Shown: in pieces, positions 58,022-64,000 of the stretch
Layout of the letters: each line of letters begins with the position of its first letter
How positions within the stretch are numbered: the stretch's first letter is position 1
Source of the DNA: Octopus vulgaris
Taxonomy: Eukaryota
Direction: 5' to 3'
DNA: 64,000 nt
Assembly: GCA_951406725.2 (NCBI GenBank)
Contig: OX597814.1
Span: 172,918,001 to 172,982,000 of the forward strand
The notes under the pieces: generated by a model
Database searches by the model: none
Seen by the model: only the letters and a program-made list of their open reading frames with translations
What the model was told of the DNA's origin: nothing
Made by a program: the position numbers and the translations under genes

Positions 58022-59030
58022 ATGGTTGCGAACACAGCATTAGAGCAGAAGAAAACACATAGAACGGTATGTAAAAAATGCCACAGAACCGCTATTATTA
58101 GAAGTAAGATGGTTAGGCTTGTGTAGGATGAAAAATTGCAAAGATAAAGCACTCTAAAAGAAATTGAAAACGAATGAAACTGAAAATAGGCGGATAAAGA
58201 AAAGTATGCATGGTCAATTTCATAGGGATGTTAAAGATAAGACAGACAGAGAAAAAATATAGCTGTGGTTGACTAAAAGTGATTTAAAACCGGAAACGGG
58301 GGTTCTAATCTGTGCTGCCCAAGAGCAAGCACTAAGAACAAATTACGTAATACACAGAATAGACAAAAAATCAGAAAGTGATACTTGCAGAATTTGTGGA
58401 GAAAATGGTGAAACCGTATGGCATATTACCAGTCAATGTACGCCACTAGCCCAGGAGGAATATAAGAGACGCCACGACAATATAGCAAGGCTTGTCCATT
58501 GGACACTTTGCAACAAGTATGGACTTGACACAGCAAAAAATTGGTACGACCATAAACCCGAAAGCATCAACGAAAATGATCATGCAAAGATCCTATGGGA
58601 TTTTATGATTCAGTGCGACCATGAGATTGAGAATAGGAAGCCAAACATAGTCTTAATTGAGAAAGAAAGCAAACTATGCTGGATCATAGATATGGCATGC
58701 CCAGCTGACAAGGAATGCGATAAGGGAGAAAGAAAAGTCGATAGATATGACATGTTAGCTTGGACGGTTAAACAATTGTGGTCGATATAAAAGGTGGCTG
58801 TAGTAACAATAATTGTTGAAACCCTGGGAACAGTGAGTAAAGATCTTGAGAAGTACATGGAACAAATACGGGCTGCAGTAAGGGTGGAGCACTTGCAGAA
58901 AACAGCACTGCTTGGAACCGCTCGAATACTCCGGAAAGTGCTCGAAAAATAAGGGATGTTTCCTTAGTTTACTGGTAGTGAACAGCTGACACCTTAGTAC
59001 ATCTGCAGCGTAAGAGGCTGTAGGAAGGCA
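58022..59030 (+). mobile_element. Dong/R4-type retrotransposon 3' part in (TAA)n
   Basis: MHGQFHR, LKPETGVLICAAQEQALRTN, CRICGENGETVWHITSQC, YKRRHD, KILWDF, RKPNIVLI, IIDMACP, LQKTALLGTARILRKVL. Begins right after (AAT)n and ends at ACAATAATA. Confidence 0.92.
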
Positions 59031-59329
59031 ACAATAATACTAATTCGTCATTATATGTTCAATACCCTATAGGAATCAGCAGTTCTTATGTTGATATCAC
59101 TATCACCCATTACTGGCTGTGTGCATCTGGACTTAATTCAAAACCAGAAGTCTTCATTATGGCAGAGCAGGATCTGTATCTGCTCACTAGAAGTTACCAA
59201 GGTAACATTCTTAAAAAATCGTGCTAATCCTTCCTGTCGCTTTTGTCTCATAAGCAGAGAAACAATTGACCTTTGGTTGTTGTATTTTAGCCTTAAGTGA
59301 GTAAGCTGATCACGATAAGAGACCTAGTC

Positions 59330-59660
59330 AGTATTTGTACTACCTCATTATGGACTGCCATGTGAGAAAAACCAGTGGTTACATAAGACCGCAATGTAGT
59401 AAAAATTAAAATATCATCTCTCTTTGGGATTTTATTATTCAGACTAATCGAACTATTCAGACCAAATACACCACATATAGTGACGTAAAATCACATTGAC
59501 AAAGCATGGTTGTGCACACATTTGTCAAATCGAGCAGACTGCAAGACCTCTTCGAAAATGTTTGAAAAGTTCAGTAAATACAAGGACCTTGAAATAGAGG
59601 TTTCAAAAATATGACATCTAAGAACTACAAATGTAGCTTTGATTGTTGGAGCTTTGAGGA
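59330..59660 (+). mobile_element. Degenerate RLE-domain fragment (R4/Dong type)
   Basis: LWDFIIQTNRTI and EKFSKYKDLEIEVSK...ALIVGAL. Confidence 0.65.
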
Positions 59661-59699
59661 TAAATGTCAAATGGAGCTCTTAGATAGATAGATAGATAA

Positions 59700-59807
<108 letters not shown>

Positions 59808-60268
59808 TTCTGGTTAGAGATAGAAAGCTATGATAACGGATAGAATACTGATATCGAAAGAATCAACTGTTTAGTTTCACTAACGCATCATTGTAAGTTA
59901 CGAGTTTGTCTAAATGTGTGAATACGCTTCTACATGTGTGTAGTAGACTGACAGATCTATATCTCACCATTGTAATAAATTCTGGTGTTGCAATATCCTG
60001 ATATAATCTGGTAGTTATTTGTTTTCAAATGTAATAGTATAGCATCCGAAACAAAGATTAAGGCACGATGAAGTCGTATTATTAGTAGAAATAGCATAGA
60101 CTGTACACATGGCTATTTTTTGGTACTACTTACGCTGAGTTCAGTACCGTAGCAAACGTTGCACTGACAACTACTATATGCCACTCATACATATATGCAT
60201 ACACACATATACAGCGGTTTATTATATGTGTAGTTGCGTATACATACATAAATACATACATACATACA

Positions 60269-60315
<47 letters not shown>

Positions 60316-60427
60316 GCATGTATGTATGTATATATATATATGTGTGTGTATACGATTGTGTGTATGAGTGTATGTGTGTGTTTGTGTGTGTGTATTTAAG
60401 TATCTTGTAAACCAAAACAATGCAAGT

Positions 60428-60850
60428 TATTCTGTTGTGTTTGTGGAGAGTCCTTTTCTTTTTGTGCCTTATAATTTAACACACTCACCGGTAAAATTTC
60501 TACTTATTCCTTATTTTTATATTCCTAAAATGTTCGTTGCGTCTTGCAACCTTTTCAATAGTCTTGACTCTGTCCGTTATTTACACTGCAATGCTCCTAG
60601 ATGTCTCCTCTATGTATATCATGTTCATGTCTTTACAAGCACCTCCTATGCATCTTATGCATATTTCTACAGTCAATGCCAGGGCTAATCCTACATAAAT
60701 AAAAATAAGAACTAAATGGAAATTTTACCGGTGAGTGTGTTAAATTATAAGGCACAAAAAGAAAGTGACTCTTCCTCAGACACAACAGAATATGCTTCAA
60801 CACACGAACTCACATAAAGAATCTTGCAAATCAAATCCAAAAACGAAATA
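60428..60850. mobile_element. PLE terminal fragment with inverted duplication and 12-bp flanking direct repeat
   Basis: 60428-60520 is inverted at ~60699-60792. AATGCAAGTTAT occurs at 60419-60430 and 60852-60863. Same family as 2234-2476. Confidence 0.65.
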
Positions 60851-60869
60851 TAATGCAAGTTATGAAATT

Positions 60870-62800
60870 TTAATAGTATAGGTTGATAGTACTTTTACCG
60901 AAATTCTCAATATTTCAAGCTTAGGACTCTTCTACAGTAAATTTATCGAGAGAAGGTGTTGATGGTTGATTTCTCTGCTCTGTAGCGTGTATGAAGGGTT
61001 TGTGTGCGTTGCTCTATTATCCAGTCAGCTGCTTGTGGTTCAGATTTGTTTTTAATTCGCGAGCTTCTCAATGAAAATAGCTTCTTTTATTTTCAAGTTC
61101 CCTATGTTCTCTTCTATAGCTTCAACAGAAAATTGAATGTCTTGGCTGTTGCTTTTCTATAGGTATTTTTAAGTCGAAGAAGTATTAGGACAGAAGTATT
61201 CTTGAACCCATATGTGAACTGTTCTGGTGGTACTTCCTATGTAGAACTTACTACATTTCTTACACGTGATTTTATGCGACACGTCGAAATTCAGACATAG
61301 GTTTCCATCTTTGATCGAGTAGTATACATAAGTATAGTTACTACAATATACATAAGTATATTTGTGTATACTCAGGCAGTATACATCAGGTGTTGTTTTG
61401 TCTTGGACTACTGTTGGTGGGGATCCTGATCAGAAGAGGTCTGGGGGTCTTGCCAGTCGTATATTCAATCCATCCTTACGGATCACACGGCAGATTGCAG
61501 CAGTTGCTTTTTCGTTAAAATGTGGCAGTTTCAAAACATACATGCTATCCTTAGATGTATGGGTTTGTTTTAAAATGGTCTGGTGGTGTCTTGACGATTC
61601 TTGTTAGAGTATGAATAGCTAATTTCTGTCAAAACATTTCGGTATTGGATGGTGTTCGAGATTTTACTTCCTGCCTTACTACTCATTGTGAAACCTGTGA
61701 TTCTCATTCCTAATGTAGTTTATTTTAGTTCTGATGAATAGGGATGAAATATAATGTGCAAATAGACCCCTGCATGCTGCTTTTCTGGAGAAGTTTGTGG
61801 ACATGGACCCGTTCTATGTGATTTTGAGCAGAGTATGGAACCACTGATTTTGGGGTGCTTCTGTTCAAATTTTATCTGTTCATTGATATTATTTAAGATA
61901 TTGTATACTTTTATTGTCTCCTTGCGAGATGATGTTAATATGAGGATGTGGTCCAGAGATTTTTTTGTAAATATATCCCTCGAACTGGGAGGCGGTGTTG
62001 TGCTTCTTAATAGTTAGGAATTCATTGATATCTGGTGCTGTAAGCTCAAAGCAGTTAAGGTTGCAAGTAAAGGTAATTGCTGAGACATTGTATGGGGAAG
62101 CATTGTCCAGACTAAAGGAGGAGGGTTTTTTGTTTTCTAAGTATAGATAGGTTGAGATCTTTCTGCTTGATGATGATTTCGATGGAGCTTTCAACATGTC
62201 CTGGAAAGGTTAGAAGTAGTGGCTTAAGAATATTAGACAGAAGTCAAGAGATTTTGTAAAGCAATCCGTTAATGCTGGAGACAATAGGTCTAATATTTAA
62301 ATATGGTCCGGATTAATGTGTTTATATGAAGTGGTCGAAGTTGTGAGCAATGCTGCTTCTTGTGATGAAGATGCGTTTAATCTTGTTCGAGAGTTCTCTC
62401 TCTTCACAGATATTCGCTTCGAAGCTGGCTAGAAGTGATGTTACCGACCTTTTCACATAGTGTTGTGCCAGCTCGAATGCCAGCTCATCGTATTTATCCT
62501 TATGTATAACGAGGACTACTCTTCTTTTATACGAAGGCAGATATATAAGATTGATTGAACGTAGGTTTTGTAGATTGAGGAATTGAGATCTAGAGAGATT
62601 AAAAGGAGTGGAAGGATTTTTTAAGATGTCGAAAATTAAATGTTTAAAGCTCATTAGCTTAGCATTGAATTCAGTGTTAAAAGGAGCGGGGAACGCGCTG
62701 TCTGGTAGTATGTGAGATATCTAGTGGGGGTGCATAATAGAATTGGATCTAGAGATAGTTTTATTGGAGGATGGAAAGTAAAACTTCAGAACTGATATCC
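60870..62800 (-). mobile_element. Penelope-like element relic (RT + GIY-YIG)
   Basis: Minus strand: IRPIVSSING, LLSNILKPLL, SFSLDNASPYNV, FEGYIYKKISG, then HKITCKKCSKFYIGSTTRT. Many stops and frameshifts. Confidence 0.8.
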
Positions 62801-62884
62801 TTTTTAGCTGGTGTATATATGTGTGTGTGTGCGTGCTCGCGCAAAAAGATATACCCCAAAAAAATATATATGTATCTTTAATCT

Positions 62885-63225
62885 TTAATCTATTTGAGTC
62901 ATTAGACTGCGACCATACTGGCGTACTGCCTTGAAAAACTTTTAGTCGAATAAATCGACCTCTGTATACCCACGTTTTTAAAGCTTGGTATTTATACTAT
63001 CGTCTTCTTTTGCCAAACTGCTCAGTTACGGGGACGTAAATAAACCAGTACCAGTTGTCAAGCGGTGGGCGGGGATCAATACAGATACAATGTACGACAC
63101 ACGTACACGCACACACACACACACAAACACACATACGACGGTCTACTTTCGGTTTTCGTTTACCGAATACCACTCACATGGCTCTGGCCAGCCCGCGACT
63201 ATAGTAGAAGACACTTGTCGAAAGT
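62885..63225 (-). mobile_element. SINE (18983 family), degenerate
   Basis: AGTTACGGGGACGTAAA...GTTGTCAAGCG...CTATAGTAGAAGACACTTG. Confidence 0.7.
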
Positions 63226-64000
63226 GCGACTGGCTGATTTTCGACTTTTAAAGATTAATAAATTAAGTATCGATAAAATAAATTAAGTATCAGTAATCGA
63301 AACCAGTCTGCAGTGAAAAAAAATTGTACTGGCATTGTGCCTATTCAGAAGTGACCAGTGACCAAATAAATAAAACTCTCACTGTTTGTTGAAATCAGTA
63401 AAACTGCAATTGAATTATCGCTTGTGATTTAGTCTGTATCTTTGGGAATCAAACTTTATTCGATAAATTCGCATTTACTGAATGTTAAGTCTCTCTTTGA
63501 GTAAGAAAATTACTTACTTTCAATTTAAACTATTTGGCAAGTAGATACCAACAAATTCAATGTTAGATATATTTCAGTGTCCCAAGACACGAAATCTTGT
63601 ATGCACTAGAAAACCTGGCTTTGAAGGTTTGTATAACATTGAAAGGCATTGCAGAAACCGAACAGCAGAACAATGAAAAGTCGATACGACGTGTATGGAG
63701 CAATAGGCATGATATATCAATGTGTCAAAACCAGTTGCAAATCGATGACAGGCGAAATCAAACAAAGACCTTGATCGATTTTCTTGTTCAATTAACTAGA
63801 TAGCCATTATTACTTTTTTTCTGATATAATAAATGGAAATACAGGCGAAAATTCAGATAAAAATTGTCTCTTTTTATTTTAAATTTAATTATAAGATCAA
63901 AGGAGAAGAGTTAATCTTTAAAAGTTGTTCCAATGATGTTGGTGTAACGGGGAAACAAATTAGATGCAGGACTTCGTTCGTTTGATACTGATATTTCCTT

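Overview
AT-rich, microsatellite-saturated eukaryotic DNA that is intergenic or intronic. The repeat content suggests a coleoid cephalopod such as Octopus (inference, not proven). No intact host gene is supported, and nearly all listed ORFs are translations of simple repeats. Recognisable content is mobile DNA: five young 5'-truncated Tx1-type (L1-group) LINE copies, each embedded in (GATA)n; five R4/Dong-type RLE retrotransposon relics; several Penelope-like element (PLE) pieces with about ten minimal hammerhead-ribozyme-like motifs, some with a compensatory U3-A8 core; two mariner relics; a hAT MITE; a 43-bp-TIR MITE; a CR1 3' end; many tRNA-derived SINEs with swapped LINE-derived tails (one Tx1-like); and a ~550-bp non-coding element found twice in (AAT)n. 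The most interesting signal is a set of retroelements each tied to its own microsatellite, above all the (GATA)n-associated Tx1 family and a possible partner SINE. Boundaries of degenerate elements are approximate and all alignments were done by eye.
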